Shown: positions 1 through 9,662 of the stretch, one piece after another
Layout: each line of letters starts with the position of its first letter
Position numbering within the stretch: position 1 is the stretch's first letter
Source of the DNA: Marmoricola sp.
GTDB lineage: Bacteria > Actinomycetota > Actinomycetes > Propionibacteriales > Nocardioidaceae
DNA length: 64,000 nt
Direction: 5' to 3'
Assembly (NCBI GenBank): GCA_046598425.1
Contig: JBKJIN010000032.1
Span: 5,178-69,177, forward strand
Notes under the pieces: model-generated
The model's database searches: none
What the model was told of the DNA's origin: nothing
What the model saw: the letters and a program-made list of their open reading frames with translations, nothing else
Position numbers and translations under genes: made by a program

Positions 1-63
1 TCCGAGGACGGCTGGACGGCGGCCGAAGCCTCGGACAGCGGGGTCGACGTCTCCCTGGGCTGA
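1..63 (+). CDS. possible 3' end of a gene entering the window (…SEDGWTAAEASDSGVDVSLG*)
   Basis: Frame 1 is open with GC3-rich codons up to TGA at 61-63; it converges on the next gene. Confidence 0.35.
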   Translation, partial: SEDGWTAAEASDSGVDVSLG

Positions 64-66
64 GGC

Positions 67-384
67 CTAGATGCGCCACTCGGGCCGGTAGGCGGGATGA
101 CCGGCGTACGGAAGCGCAAGGCGGCGCAGTCCGATACAGGCACTGGATTCGGTCTTGGGACAGACTCCGCAGCGCGTGATCGTCTCGATCCCGGAGCGGG
201 ACACGACGGTCATCGTCCTGTCGTTGTGGCGCTCGATCTCGGCTTGCAAGCGGGACGGGGGACGATGCGATCCGGACCCGGCCTGCACTGAGTCCTCAAC
301 TGTGACCATCGCAGGTTCTGATTCGGCGACATCAAGATCGTGCCCGATCGCGTAGGTGAGCAGGAACTCCTTGATGCTCAGCAT
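67..384 (-). CDS. DUF6221-like hypothetical protein
   Basis: C-terminal LRRLALPYAGHPAYRPEWR is typical of DUF6221; ATG at 384 preferred over the longer ORF. Confidence 0.6.
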   Translation of the reverse strand: MLSIKEFLLTYAIGHDLDVAESEPAMVTVEDSVQAGSGSHRPPSRLQAEIERHNDRTMTVVSRSGIETITRCGVCPKTESSACIGLRRLALPYAGHPAYRPEWRI

Positions 385-632
385 GTTAGTCACCGACACA
401 ATCACTAGCTGGACCCTGGCCATGACGACTACTGGAACTGACGTCACCCGGGGTCCGGGGGTGTCGAAGATTGCCTTCACCCTACGCCCGGCCACCTGAT
501 CCGTCCGACCAACCGCAGTTGTGGCGGGCCGACCAACGCCGTAGCCCGGGCGAAGGTCTACCCTGGTGGTGAGGGCATCCTCGGCACCCGGTTTCGTGTC
601 GCTGTCCGCAACCGAGAGGCGGCGACATCCAG

Positions 633-1313
633 GTGACCCTCGAGGAGTTTGCGTCCAGCGCGACGCCTACTGGCCTTGCACGGATCGAGGATTTCTGTCG
701 CTTGGGAGCCAGGAGAATCGGGGTCAACGGGATGGCGGTCACCTTCGCGGACGAGTTCGGGATTCTCGAACAGATCTTCGCCACCGACGTCCTGGCCGGA
801 ATGATCGCCGATCTCGAGTTCACCCTGGAGCACGGACCCGCTCACGACGCCCTGGCCTCGAGCCGGCCCGTCGAGGCATCCGACCTCTCGGCTCCGGCTG
901 CGTTCCGACGATGGCCGCTGTTCGCACCCGAAACGATCGGGTTGGGCGTGAACGCAGTCCAGGCGTTTCCGATGGCAACCTTCGGCAGCGTGCTGGGGGT
1001 GGTCTCGATGTACCGGTTCGTCTCCGGACCGCTGACCGGGGTCCAGCACCGCCAGGCCCTTGCCGTCACCGAGCTGATCAACTTCGCCCTGGTCGATCCC
1101 GACACCCGGGACAACATCGGCCTGGGCCTGCGCATGAGCGTCCACCAGGCGGCCGGAATGGTCATGCAACAAACAGGCAGCACCATCGTCGACGCCTTGG
1201 CGCTTCTCAAGGCAACGGCATTTTCCGAGAACAGGCCGATCGACGAGCTCGCGGACGAGGTCATCCGCGGCGGACGGAGGTTCAGGCAGATGGAGTCCCA
1301 CCATGACGATTGA
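633..1313 (+). CDS. GAF and ANTAR domain RNA-binding regulator
   Basis: GAF motifs (LEFTLEHGPAHDA, RWPLF, AFPM); ANTAR VHQAAGMVMQQ…DALALLKATAF. Confidence 0.85.
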   Translation: MTLEEFASSATPTGLARIEDFCRLGARRIGVNGMAVTFADEFGILEQIFATDVLAGMIADLEFTLEHGPAHDALASSRPVEASDLSAPAAFRRWPLFAPETIGLGVNAVQAFPMATFGSVLGVVSMYRFVSGPLTGVQHRQALAVTELINFALVDPDTRDNIGLGLRMSVHQAAGMVMQQTGSTIVDALALLKATAFSENRPIDELADEVIRGGRRFRQMESHHDD

Positions 1314-2076
1314 CAACCAGCCCTTCGACCCGACGACTGCGAGGATGGCCCAGGTCGCCCAACGGTTCGTGCTCCTGGCCGACACCCTGGTCGCCGACTA
1401 CGACGTCGTCGAACTGTTAGACCGGCTGGCCTCGGACTGCGTCGAGCTCATCGACGTCAGTGCGGCCGGGATTCTCCTGGTCAACGGCAACGGCGACCTG
1501 GACCTCGTTGCGAGCTCCAACGAAGCCTCACGGCTCATCGAGGTCTTCCAGCTGGAAAGTGATGAGGGCCCGTGCGTCGAGGCGACCCGGACCGGGCAGA
1601 CAGTCTTCTATGACGACGCGGTGGTTCTCGAAAACCGGTGGCCGTCGTTCGCCGGAGCCATGCGCCGGTTCGGATTCACCTCTGTGTACGGAATCCCGCT
1701 TCGGCTGCGTTCGGAAACGATCGGCGCCCTGAACCTGTTCACCACCGATGACCGTTTACTCTCCGATCATGATCGGCGCGTCTGTCAGGCCTTCGCCGAC
1801 GTCGCCACCATCGGAATCCTCCAGCAGCGGTCACTCTCACGCGTCTCGCTTCTCTCCGAACAACTGCAGCTCGCCCTCAACAGCCGCATCACCGTGGAAC
1901 AGGCGAAGGGCATCATCTCCGAGTACGGCGGCATCGATGTGGGCGAAGCGTTCGTAGCCCTTCGCTCCTACGCGCGCGCGAACCGCGTCAAACTCAGCAC
2001 CGTTGCCACCCAGCTCATCGCACGCGACCTGCTGCCAGGTGCTGTGACTCCGGAGGGAACGCGACAGCGTAGGTAG
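1303..2076 (+). CDS. GAF and ANTAR domain RNA-binding regulator
   Basis: LADTLVADYDVVELL, EGPCVEA, GALNLF, QLQLALNSRITVEQAKG; overlaps the upstream gene by 11 nt. Confidence 0.92.
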   Translation: MTIDNQPFDPTTARMAQVAQRFVLLADTLVADYDVVELLDRLASDCVELIDVSAAGILLVNGNGDLDLVASSNEASRLIEVFQLESDEGPCVEATRTGQTVFYDDAVVLENRWPSFAGAMRRFGFTSVYGIPLRLRSETIGALNLFTTDDRLLSDHDRRVCQAFADVATIGILQQRSLSRVSLLSEQLQLALNSRITVEQAKGIISEYGGIDVGEAFVALRSYARANRVKLSTVATQLIARDLLPGAVTPEGTRQRR

Positions 2077-2108
2077 CTCGAGCCTGGTGCGTACGCCTGC
2101 TGAATCAC

Positions 2109-3230
2109 TCAGGCGAGACGGGCCACAGCGGCGTCGATGCGCTCGTCGGTCGCGGTGAGCGCGACCCGGACGTGCTTCGCGCCTGCGGGCCCGTAGAACG
2201 AGCCCGGGGCGACCAGGATGCCGCGCTCGGCGAACCAAGCGACGGTCTCCCAGCAAGGTTCCTCACGGGTCGACCAGAGGTACAGCGACCCCTCGGAGTG
2301 GTCGATCCGGAAGCCGGCACCCTCCAGGGCGGCCTTCAGCCGGTCGCGCCGCGCGGCGTACCGGGCGTGCTGCACCTCGACGTGGGCGTCGTCGTCGAGT
2401 GCCGCGACCATCGCGAGCTGCTGCGGGCCGGGCATCTGCAGGCCGAGGTTCTTGCGGACCGCGAGCAGCTCGCCGATCACCGCCGGGTCGCCGGCGACGA
2501 AAGCGCACCGGTAGCCGGCCAGGTTCGAGCGCTTGGAGAGCGAGTGCACGGCGAGGATGCCCTCGACCGACCCGCCGCAGACGTCCGGGTGCAGGACCGA
2601 GACGGGCTGGGCGCCAGGCTCCCAGGTCAGCTCCAGGTAGCACTCGTCGGAGATCAGTAGCACCCCGCGCTCCCGGCACCAGTCGACGACCTTGCGCAGG
2701 TGGTCGACCGGCAGCACCCGACCGGTCGGGTTGGACGGCGAGTTGATCCAGAGGATCTTCGGCGTCTCCGGGCCGAGCGCGGTCAGCGAGTCGGTCGCAA
2801 GCACCCGGGCGCCGACCAGCGCCGCCCCGACCTCGTACGTCGGGTAGGCCAGCTCAGGCTGGACGACCAGGTCGCCGGGGCCGATCCCGAGATGCATCGG
2901 CAAAGAAGCGATCAGCTCCTTGGAGCCGATCACCGGCAGGACCGCGTCCAGACCCAAGAATCCAGGGGGCCCGGTGACGCCGAAGCGACGCCTCAGCCAG
3001 TCGATGCACGCCTGCCGGGTCTCCGGGAGGCCGATCGTCGTCGGATATCCCGGCGAGTCGGCCGCCGCGATCAGGGCGCGCTGCACCACCTCGGGGGTGG
3101 AGTCGACCGGGGTGCCGACCGAGAGGTCGACGATCCCGTCAGGATGCGCGCGCGCCTGATCGCCGTACGGCGTCAGATGATCCCAGGGGAAATCCGGCAG
3201 CGTGGAGGAGACGCCTGAGAACGTACTCAG
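2109..3230 (-). CDS. dapC: N-succinyldiaminopimelate aminotransferase
   Basis: [39 protein letters not shown] (PLP Lys); follows fdxA as in other actinobacteria; start inferred at CTG 3230. Confidence 0.9.
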   Translation of the reverse strand: MSTFSGVSSTLPDFPWDHLTPYGDQARAHPDGIVDLSVGTPVDSTPEVVQRALIAAADSPGYPTTIGLPETRQACIDWLRRRFGVTGPPGFLGLDAVLPVIGSKELIASLPMHLGIGPGDLVVQPELAYPTYEVGAALVGARVLATDSLTALGPETPKILWINSPSNPTGRVLPVDHLRKVVDWCRERGVLLISDECYLELTWEPGAQPVSVLHPDVCGGSVEGILAVHSLSKRSNLAGYRCAFVAGDPAVIGELLAVRKNLGLQMPGPQQLAMVAALDDDAHVEVQHARYAARRDRLKAALEGAGFRIDHSEGSLYLWSTREEPCWETVAWFAERGILVAPGSFYGPAGAKHVRVALTATDERIDAAVARLA

Positions 3231-3556
3231 TTTTCGTCGTGCTCCTGCGGCGGCAGGGCAGCCACCAGCGGGTGATCGGCGTCGATGACGCCCATCTTGG
3301 CAGCGCCGCCCGGGGAACCCAGCTCGTCGAAGAAGTGCACGTTGGCGTCGTAGTACTCCTTGTGCTCCGCCGGCACATCGTCCTCGTAGTAGATCGCCTC
3401 GACGGGGCAGACCGGCTCGCACGCACCGCAATCGACGCACTCGTCGGGGTGGATGTAGAGCATGCGCTTGCCCTCGTAGATGCAGTCGACCGGGCACTCG
3501 TCGACGCAAGCGCGGTCCTTGAGATCGACGCACGGCTGGGAGATGACGTAGGTCAC
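3227..3556 (-). CDS. fdxA: 7Fe/8Fe ferredoxin
   Basis: [29 protein letters not shown]…[12 protein letters not shown]; AGGAGG upstream of GTG. Confidence 0.96.
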   Translation of the reverse strand: MTYVISQPCVDLKDRACVDECPVDCIYEGKRMLYIHPDECVDCGACEPVCPVEAIYYEDDVPAEHKEYYDANVHFFDELGSPGGAAKMGVIDADHPLVAALPPQEHDEN

Positions 3557-3616
3557 CTGGATCCTCCTGAAGTCACAGGTCCGGGGTGGACTCAAGCAAA
3601 GCCTAGTATCCCGGAC

Positions 3617-4549
3617 GTGAGTCCTACAGACAGACCCGCATTTCGACACGTGACCAAACCCACGCCCGAGCACGGCCTGGGGCCGCACGTGGTCGGCCAG
3701 CGCGTCGTCGTACGGCGGGTGCTGCCCGGCGAGACCGGCCCCAGCGGCGGTCCGGCCCTGACCGACCTGCTCGGGATCTGCGAGTCCTGGACCTCGACGA
3801 CGGCCTCGATCCGGGCCGAGGACGGCACCCTGGTGGAGATCGCACTGGCCGACATTGTCTCCGGAAAGCCGGTGCCGCCACGGCCCAGCATCCGGCACCG
3901 GGTCTCGGTCAGAGAGGCCGAGAGCCACGCGACCCCGTTCTGGCCGGGCGTCCAGCGCACCTCGCTCGGTGAGTGGGAACTGCGGACCGAACCGGATCCC
4001 GACGGTCGGCTCCGCAAGCGCGCCAACTCCTGCCTGGCAGTCGGCGATCCCGGTACCGAGGTCGCCTCAGCAGCGGCCGCGGTCGCGCAGTTCTACGCGG
4101 CCGCGGGCCGATCGGCGCTGGTGCAGGTCGAGGCGGACTCCGCGATCGAGCAGCAGTTGCTCGACCTGGGCTGGACCCCGGTGCCGGGTGACTCCCTCTT
4201 TCTGCTCGGGTCGCTCTCGCGGGCGCTGCGCTCCCTGCGGATGGCCGGCAGCGCCAGCACCGCGCAGGTCGACGGCCCCCGACTGACCGCGACCCTGCCC
4301 GGCGGAATCGCCCGGGCCGCCCTCGACGTGGACTGGCTCGGGGTCCACGACCTCGTCGTCGAACCGGACCGGCGTCGCCAGGGGCTCGCCTCGGACCTGG
4401 TCCGGGCGCTCCTCGACGCCGGGGCCGAGCAGGGCGCGACGAACCTCTGGCTGCACGTCGAGGTGGACAACGCCGCCGCGCTCGCCTTCTACGAGCGCCT
4501 CGGCCTGGTTGCCCACCACGGGTGCCGGTACCTGGCCGCGCCCAGGTGA
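3617..4549 (+). CDS. GNAT acetyltransferase with N-terminal SH3-like domain (Rv0428c-like)
   Basis: [10 protein letters not shown]-domain, KRANSCL, acetyl-CoA motif [19 protein letters not shown]; TAGTAT -10 lies 7 nt before GTG. Confidence 0.85.
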   Translation: MSPTDRPAFRHVTKPTPEHGLGPHVVGQRVVVRRVLPGETGPSGGPALTDLLGICESWTSTTASIRAEDGTLVEIALADIVSGKPVPPRPSIRHRVSVREAESHATPFWPGVQRTSLGEWELRTEPDPDGRLRKRANSCLAVGDPGTEVASAAAAVAQFYAAAGRSALVQVEADSAIEQQLLDLGWTPVPGDSLFLLGSLSRALRSLRMAGSASTAQVDGPRLTATLPGGIARAALDVDWLGVHDLVVEPDRRRQGLASDLVRALLDAGAEQGATNLWLHVEVDNAAALAFYERLGLVAHHGCRYLAAPR

Positions 4550-4600
4550 GGGCCCAGGTGAGGGCCCAGGTGAGGGCCCGGGTGAGGGCCCGAGTGAGCG
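4541..4600. repeat. 12-bp tandem repeat x5 (CCCAGGTGAGGG)
   Basis: 3 perfect and 2 degenerate copies fill the gap between the convergent GNAT and mshB genes. Confidence 0.9.
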
Positions 4601-5506
4601 TCAGAGACCGTTGAACAGGTCCGTCTCGAGCCCCTTCTCGTTGAACGGGCCCGCCTTGGCCCCCTTGGCGATCCGGTAGAACTCGTACCCCCACGCCTCG
4701 GTCCCGGCGTTGTTCGACAACGCGAAGAACGGGCCGTCGAGGGTGATCTGGGTGGCGTGGGCGCCGAGGGCAGCCATCTTCTGGTCGTGGAACGCGGTGC
4801 CGTCCACGACGCAGCCGAGGTTGTCGTCGGAGGTGACGAACGGCGGCAGCGGGCCGTCCGGGTCCATCCCCTCGAAGGTGGTCTCGTCGCCCGCGTCGCG
4901 CAGCCGGCGCAGCCCCTCGCGCATCCAGCTCTCCGACATCGCGACCCAGTAGACCTTCGCAATGTCGTGGGCCTCACCGAGCTCGGTCCGGTACGACGGC
5001 ACCGCAGCCAGTGCCGCGGCGTATGTGGCGACTCGGTGCGCCTGGATGTGATCAGGGTGGCCGTAGTTGCCGAACTGGTCGTAGGTGACCATCACCTGGG
5101 GCCGCACCTCCCGGATCACCGCGACCAGGTGGTCGGCGGCCTCGGTCAGGTCGGCGTGCCAGAAGGCGTTGGCGTGCACGTCGTCGGCGGCGACCGCGTG
5201 GCCGTCCTCATGCCACTTCATGCCGGAGTCGCGATAGGCGCCGAAACCGCCGAGCCAGCGGTGGTCGGTGACGCCGAGCTCGGCCATCGCCTTCTCCAGT
5301 TCGACCTTGCGCTGGTCGGCCAGGGCGTCGTCCTGGTCGTGCGCCAGGTGCGCCATCTCCGGGACGAGGATCTCCCCCATCTCACCGGCGGTGCAGGTGA
5401 CCAGGGTGACCCCGATCCCCTCTGCGACGTACCTGGCCATGGTGGCGCCGTTGTTGATGCTCTCGTCGTCGGGGTGGGCGTGCACGAGCAGGAGGTGCTT
5501 GGTCAT
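4601..5506 (-). CDS. mshB: GlcNAc-Ins deacetylase (mycothiol biosynthesis)
   Basis: VHAHPDDE, YRDSGM, YGHPDHIQAH, AHATQ, FALSN; synteny with fdxA/dapC. Confidence 0.93.
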   Translation of the reverse strand: MTKHLLLVHAHPDDESINNGATMARYVAEGIGVTLVTCTAGEMGEILVPEMAHLAHDQDDALADQRKVELEKAMAELGVTDHRWLGGFGAYRDSGMKWHEDGHAVAADDVHANAFWHADLTEAADHLVAVIREVRPQVMVTYDQFGNYGHPDHIQAHRVATYAAALAAVPSYRTELGEAHDIAKVYWVAMSESWMREGLRRLRDAGDETTFEGMDPDGPLPPFVTSDDNLGCVVDGTAFHDQKMAALGAHATQITLDGPFFALSNNAGTEAWGYEFYRIAKGAKAGPFNEKGLETDLFNGL

Positions 5507-5526
5507 GGGCCAACCCTAGTGCGGCC

Positions 5527-5901
5527 TCAGGACAGCAGAACGGTGAGTTCGCCCACGAAGGGCCGGTCGGCCGGTAGCCAGTCCACCTCGCCCAACTGGT
5601 CGGCCCGCAGCCAACGCAGCGCGTCGTGCTGGCCGGGCCGGGGCACCGGTTCACCGTCGAGCAGGTACGCCGTCGCCACCCGAAGCTCCAGGCCCTCGCG
5701 GACCAGCACCACCGGGGCCAACCACCCGGTCACCTCGACCGTGCACCCGAGCTCCTCGTCGATCTCGCGGACCGCCGTCTGCTCGGGGCTCTCGCCGGGC
5801 TCGACCTTCCCACCCGGGAACTCCCAGCCGCCCTCGGGACGACGGGCTGCGAGGGCCCTGCCGCTGCCGAGGATCGCGACCCCGATGACGCGCTGCACCA
5901 C
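5527..5901 (-). CDS. NUDIX hydrolase (MutT-like)
   Basis: Nudix box WEFPGGKVEPGESPEQTAVREIDEELG. Confidence 0.9.
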   Translation of the reverse strand: MVQRVIGVAILGSGRALAARRPEGGWEFPGGKVEPGESPEQTAVREIDEELGCTVEVTGWLAPVVLVREGLELRVATAYLLDGEPVPRPGQHDALRWLRADQLGEVDWLPADRPFVGELTVLLS

Positions 5902-5905
5902 CGGT

Positions 5906-6763
5906 CTACCTCGGCTGCAGCGCTAGCTGGCGGGACTGGGCGACCAGCGTCCCGGTGGAATCCCAGACCTCGCAATCCTCCTCGAAGAGGCCGCCAGCCA
6001 TGGTCCTGGTCTGGTGCCGGACGACCAGCCAGCCGGGCGCCGGTCGCGCCCGCACGTACGCGGTCAGCTCGAGGGTCGGCGCCCAGCCGAGCATCCCCAG
6101 GTCGAAGGTCACCGGCGGCAACGCGTCGACGACCATCAGGAGCCCGACCGCGTCGAGCGGGCAGTCGTCGGCGAGCTTGAACCACCCCTGGATCAGGCCG
6201 TTCCCACTGGGCTGACCGAGCGCCCACATCGCGGTGGCCGGGTCGAACCGGGTGCCGAAGCGCAGCAGCAGGGGCGCGACCTCCCTCACCTCGGGCGGGG
6301 CGTCGCTAGAGACCACGCACTCCTCGACAGGCGGGAGAACCGGCGGGGCGAGGGCGAGTCCGAGCGCAGCAGCCTCGGCGTCGCTGGTCGGGTCGTGCGC
6401 CCGGTCGAGATCGCCGTACGTCGCCAGTGCTGCGATCCGCGAGACCCGGGCCCCGTCGACGTCCTGGACCAGGGTGGCCTCGACGGTCGAGAACCTGCCG
6501 CCCGAGCGGATCACCTTGGTCTCGACGTACGCCGGCCCGGGGGTCGCGGCGCTGAGGAAGTGCGCGCTGACCGAGAACGGGTCCGGGTGGCTCTTGTCCG
6601 GGTTCCGCGACGCGAGCTCAGCGGCGACCGCCTTGCCGATTATCGCCAGCAGGTAGCCACCGTTGATCGCCGGACCGACCGCCCACCCGGGCGAGAGGTG
6701 CGCGCCGTGCAGGCCATCGCCGAGGGCACTGACCGCGGTGTCGCGGTCGTACTCGTAGGTCAT
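5906..6763 (-). CDS. TesB-like acyl-CoA thioesterase family protein
   Basis: INGGYLLA, DALPP, WAPTLELT, EEDCEVWD…VAQSRQ. Confidence 0.88.
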   Translation of the reverse strand: MTYEYDRDTAVSALGDGLHGAHLSPGWAVGPAINGGYLLAIIGKAVAAELASRNPDKSHPDPFSVSAHFLSAATPGPAYVETKVIRSGGRFSTVEATLVQDVDGARVSRIAALATYGDLDRAHDPTSDAEAAALGLALAPPVLPPVEECVVSSDAPPEVREVAPLLLRFGTRFDPATAMWALGQPSGNGLIQGWFKLADDCPLDAVGLLMVVDALPPVTFDLGMLGWAPTLELTAYVRARPAPGWLVVRHQTRTMAGGLFEEDCEVWDSTGTLVAQSRQLALQPR

Positions 6764-6772
6764 GGAGCGACC

Positions 6773-7957
6773 CTAGACGGAAGCGATCTCCGTGCGAATC
6801 TCCGGGCACCGGGTGCCGGTGTAGATCGTCGGCATGCACTGGTTGCAGTGGATGCACACGCCCTTCGTGACCTCGCCGGCCTGGAGCCGGTTGACCAGGT
6901 CGGGCTCGCGGAGCAGCGCCCGGCCCATCGCGACGAACTCGAAGCCCTCCTCCATTGCGCGGTCCATGGTGGTCTTCTCGTTGATGCCGCCGAGCATGAT
7001 CAGCGGCATCGAGACCGCCTCGCGGAACGCCAGCGCCTTCTCGCGCAGGTAGGCCTCCTCGAACGGGTAGGTCTTGAAGAACTTCTTGCCGATCGGGGTC
7101 TTCAGGCCGAGCCGTACGGCGGGCGGCATGTTCGCCGCGAACTCCTTCAGCGGGACGTCGCCGCGGAAGAGATACATCGGGTTGAGCAGCGAGCTACCGG
7201 CGCTGAGCTCGAGGGCGTCGAGGTGCCCGTCGGCCTCCAGCATCTGGGCGAACTCCAGACTCTCGGGCATCGAGAAGCCGACCGGGGAGCCTTCGGTCAT
7301 CCCGATCTTGGCGATGACGGCGACGTCGCCGCCGACCTCCTCGCGCACAGCCCGGGCGACCTGGCGGGCGAACTTGGCACGGTTCTCCAGCGACCCGCCC
7401 CAGCCGTCCTTGCGCCGGTTCTGGCCCGGTGCCAGGAACGAGCTCAGCAGGTAGCCGTGAGCCATGTGGATCTCGAGTACGTCGAAGCCAGCGGCCTTCA
7501 TGATCCGGGCCGTCCGGACGTAGTCAGCGGTGATCCGGGTGATGTCGGCCTCGGTGCAGGAGTTGATCATCTGCATCGACAGCGGCGAGGGCATCTTCGA
7601 CGCGGCCAGCGCCTTGACCCCGTTCGAGCGACCATTGGCCACCGGGCCGGCGTGGCCGAGCTGACCACCGATCTTCGCGCCAGTCTCGTGGATCGCGTCC
7701 GCGAGCTTGGTCAGACCGGGGGCCGACTCGTCGTTGACGACGATGACCTCTTTCTGGGTGCGCCCCTCAGGAGCCACCGCGAGGTAGGCGACCGTGGTCA
7801 GACCGACACCACCGCGGGCCGGGGCCAGGTGGTAGTCGATCAACTCGTCGGTGACCAGCCCGTACGGCGTACGCCCCTCGAAGGTGGCCGCCTTGACGGT
7901 CCGGTTGCGGAGCCGGACCGGACCCAGGTTGGCGGGCTCGAAGACGTTGTTCACCAT
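6773..7957 (-). CDS. NADH:flavin oxidoreductase (Old Yellow Enzyme family)
   Basis: LRNRTVKAATFE, GFDVLEIHMAHGYLLSSFL, GGSLENR, CIHCNQC. Confidence 0.92.
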   Translation of the reverse strand: MVNNVFEPANLGPVRLRNRTVKAATFEGRTPYGLVTDELIDYHLAPARGGVGLTTVAYLAVAPEGRTQKEVIVVNDESAPGLTKLADAIHETGAKIGGQLGHAGPVANGRSNGVKALAASKMPSPLSMQMINSCTEADITRITADYVRTARIMKAAGFDVLEIHMAHGYLLSSFLAPGQNRRKDGWGGSLENRAKFARQVARAVREEVGGDVAVIAKIGMTEGSPVGFSMPESLEFAQMLEADGHLDALELSAGSSLLNPMYLFRGDVPLKEFAANMPPAVRLGLKTPIGKKFFKTYPFEEAYLREKALAFREAVSMPLIMLGGINEKTTMDRAMEEGFEFVAMGRALLREPDLVNRLQAGEVTKGVCIHCNQCMPTIYTGTRCPEIRTEIASV

Positions 7958-7961
7958 GGCG

Positions 7962-7983
7962 AAACTGTAACCGGTTTCAGTTT
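7962..7983. promoter_or_regulatory. palindromic operator containing a KstR-type box; overlaps the -10 (TACAGT) of the leaderless OYE gene
   Basis: AAACTGTAACCGGTTTCAGTTT (1 mismatch); the core TGTAACCGGTTTCA at 7966-7979 fits TnnAACnnGTTnnA. Confidence 0.65.
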
Positions 7984-8115
7984 TTATGCCGGGGCGATTC
8001 CAAGGGGTTCGTCGCGGGCGCGAAATCGGATGGAATGGGCCATTTATTGTCTCAGATTCGGAAGGTTCTCGACTGCTAGTCCGCTTTCACGGCAGAACAA
8101 TGGTTCGATGGACGG

Positions 8116-8868
8116 GTGAAACTGATCCGAGTGACCGCGCTACTCACCGTGGCCCTGCTCGCCGTCCCGCTCACCGCCTGCGGCGCGGACGAGGAGCGCA
8201 CCCTGACCGTCTTCGCCGCGGCCTCCCTCACCGGCGTCTTCACCGACCTCGGGGAGACGTTCGAGGCCGACCACCCCGGCGTGACCGTCACCTTCAACTT
8301 CGGCGGCTCGTCCGACCTAGCAGCCCAACTCGTCGAGGGCGCGCCCGGCGACGTCTTCGCCTCGGCGGACGCCCGGAACATGGAGAAGGTCGTCGCGGCA
8401 GACCTCAACGGGGTCGAGCCCGTCGCGTTCGCGTCGAACACGCTCACGATCGTCATCCCGGCCGACAACCCCGCGGGCATCTCGTCGCTCGCCGACCTTG
8501 CCGAGGACGGCGTCGACCTGGTGCTCTGCGCACCCGAGGTGCCGTGCGGTGCGGCCGCGGAGAAGGTCGAGTCCGCGGCAGGTCTCACCTTCGAGCCGGT
8601 CAGCGAAGAGCAGAGCGTCAAGGACGTCCTCGCCAAGGTCGTCGCCGGCGAGGCCGACGCGGGTCTGGTCTACGTCACCGACCTCCGCGCCGCCGGTGAC
8701 GCCGTCACCGGGATCACCTTCCCCGAGGCAGCGCAGGCGGCCAACGTCGCCCTGATCACGAACCTCGGGACCGACCTCGACGATCTGTCGACAGCCTTCA
8801 TCGACCTGGTGCTCGGCGCCGAGGGCCAGCGCGCACTGGCCGCCGCCGGCTTCGCGGAAGCCCCCTGA
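8116..8868 (+). CDS. modA: molybdate ABC transporter substrate-binding lipoprotein
   Basis: Lipobox LTAC, VFAAASL, FGGSSDL, VPCG, GLVYVTD. Confidence 0.95.
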   Translation: MKLIRVTALLTVALLAVPLTACGADEERTLTVFAAASLTGVFTDLGETFEADHPGVTVTFNFGGSSDLAAQLVEGAPGDVFASADARNMEKVVAADLNGVEPVAFASNTLTIVIPADNPAGISSLADLAEDGVDLVLCAPEVPCGAAAEKVESAAGLTFEPVSEEQSVKDVLAKVVAGEADAGLVYVTDLRAAGDAVTGITFPEAAQAANVALITNLGTDLDDLSTAFIDLVLGAEGQRALAAAGFAEAP

Positions 8869-8870
8869 CC

Positions 8871-9662
8871 GTGCGCGGCTCCCAGGTCCCGCGGTGGGTC
8901 TACCTCCCGGCACTGATCGGGGCGAGCTTCGTCCTGCTCCCCCTGGTCGCGATCGTCGCCAAGGTCGACTGGTCGAACTTCGTCACTCTGATCACCTCCG
9001 AGGCCTCCCGCGACGCCCTGTGGCTGAGCCTGCGGACCGCGACGGCGAGTACGGCGCTCTGCGTGCTGATCGGCGTACCGATGGCGCTGGTGCTGGCCAG
9101 GACCCGCTTCCCGGGGCAGGGGGTCCTCCGCTCCCTGGTGCTGCTGCCGCTGGTGCTGCCCCCGGTCGTCGGCGGCCTCGCACTGCTGTACACGTTCGGG
9201 CGTCGCGGGCTGCTCGGCAGCACCCTGGAGGTCCTGGACATCCGGATCGCGTTCTCGACGATCGCGGTCGTGCTGGCCCAGACGTTCGTGGCGCTGCCCT
9301 TCCTGGTGGTCAGCCTGGAGGGCTCGCTGCGCACCGCCGGGCACCGCTACGAGACCGTCGCCGCCTCGTTGGGTGCCGGACCGACGACCGTCTTCCGGCG
9401 AGTCACGCTGCCGCTGGTGCTGCCCGGGTTGCTGGCTGGCGCCGTGCTCTCCTTCGCCCGCGCCCTGGGCGAGTTCGGCGCCACCATCACCTTCGCCGGC
9501 AGCCTCCAGGGCGTCACCCGGACGCTGCCGTCGGAGATCTACCTGCAGCGCGAGAGCGACCCGGACGCCGCCGTCGCCCTGGCGCTGGTCCTCGTGGTGG
9601 TCGCCGTCCTGGTGATCGCGGTGGCCCGGCCCCAGCGAGAAGTACTGCGTGCCGGACGATGA
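8871..9662 (+). CDS. modB: molybdate ABC transporter permease
   Basis: [22 protein letters not shown]. Confidence 0.95.
   Translation: MRGSQVPRWVYLPALIGASFVLLPLVAIVAKVDWSNFVTLITSEASRDALWLSLRTATASTALCVLIGVPMALVLARTRFPGQGVLRSLVLLPLVLPPVVGGLALLYTFGRRGLLGSTLEVLDIRIAFSTIAVVLAQTFVALPFLVVSLEGSLRTAGHRYETVAASLGAGPTTVFRRVTLPLVLPGLLAGAVLSFARALGEFGATITFAGSLQGVTRTLPSEIYLQRESDPDAAVALALVLVVVAVLVIAVARPQREVLRAGR

Noticed and set aside
2109-3533. 474-aa N-terminally extended DapC from the ORF track
   Set aside because: The extension is an Arg-rich alternative frame of fdxA
4541-4600. CRISPR array
   Set aside because: 12-bp units with no spacers and no cas genes; no CRISPR-like array anywhere in the window
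8045-8100. Shared ModE-like operator upstream of modA and the HTH-TOBE gene (49190-49220)
   Set aside because: Only short CGGAA/CCGC matches with inconsistent spacing; not supportable by eye
6014-8119. Long antisense or alternative-frame ORFs (e.g. 6014-8119, 9539-11398, 22202-24421, 26030-27670, 42088-43806)
   Set aside because: Shadow ORFs typical of ~70% GC DNA, overlapping well-supported genes and lacking family motifs
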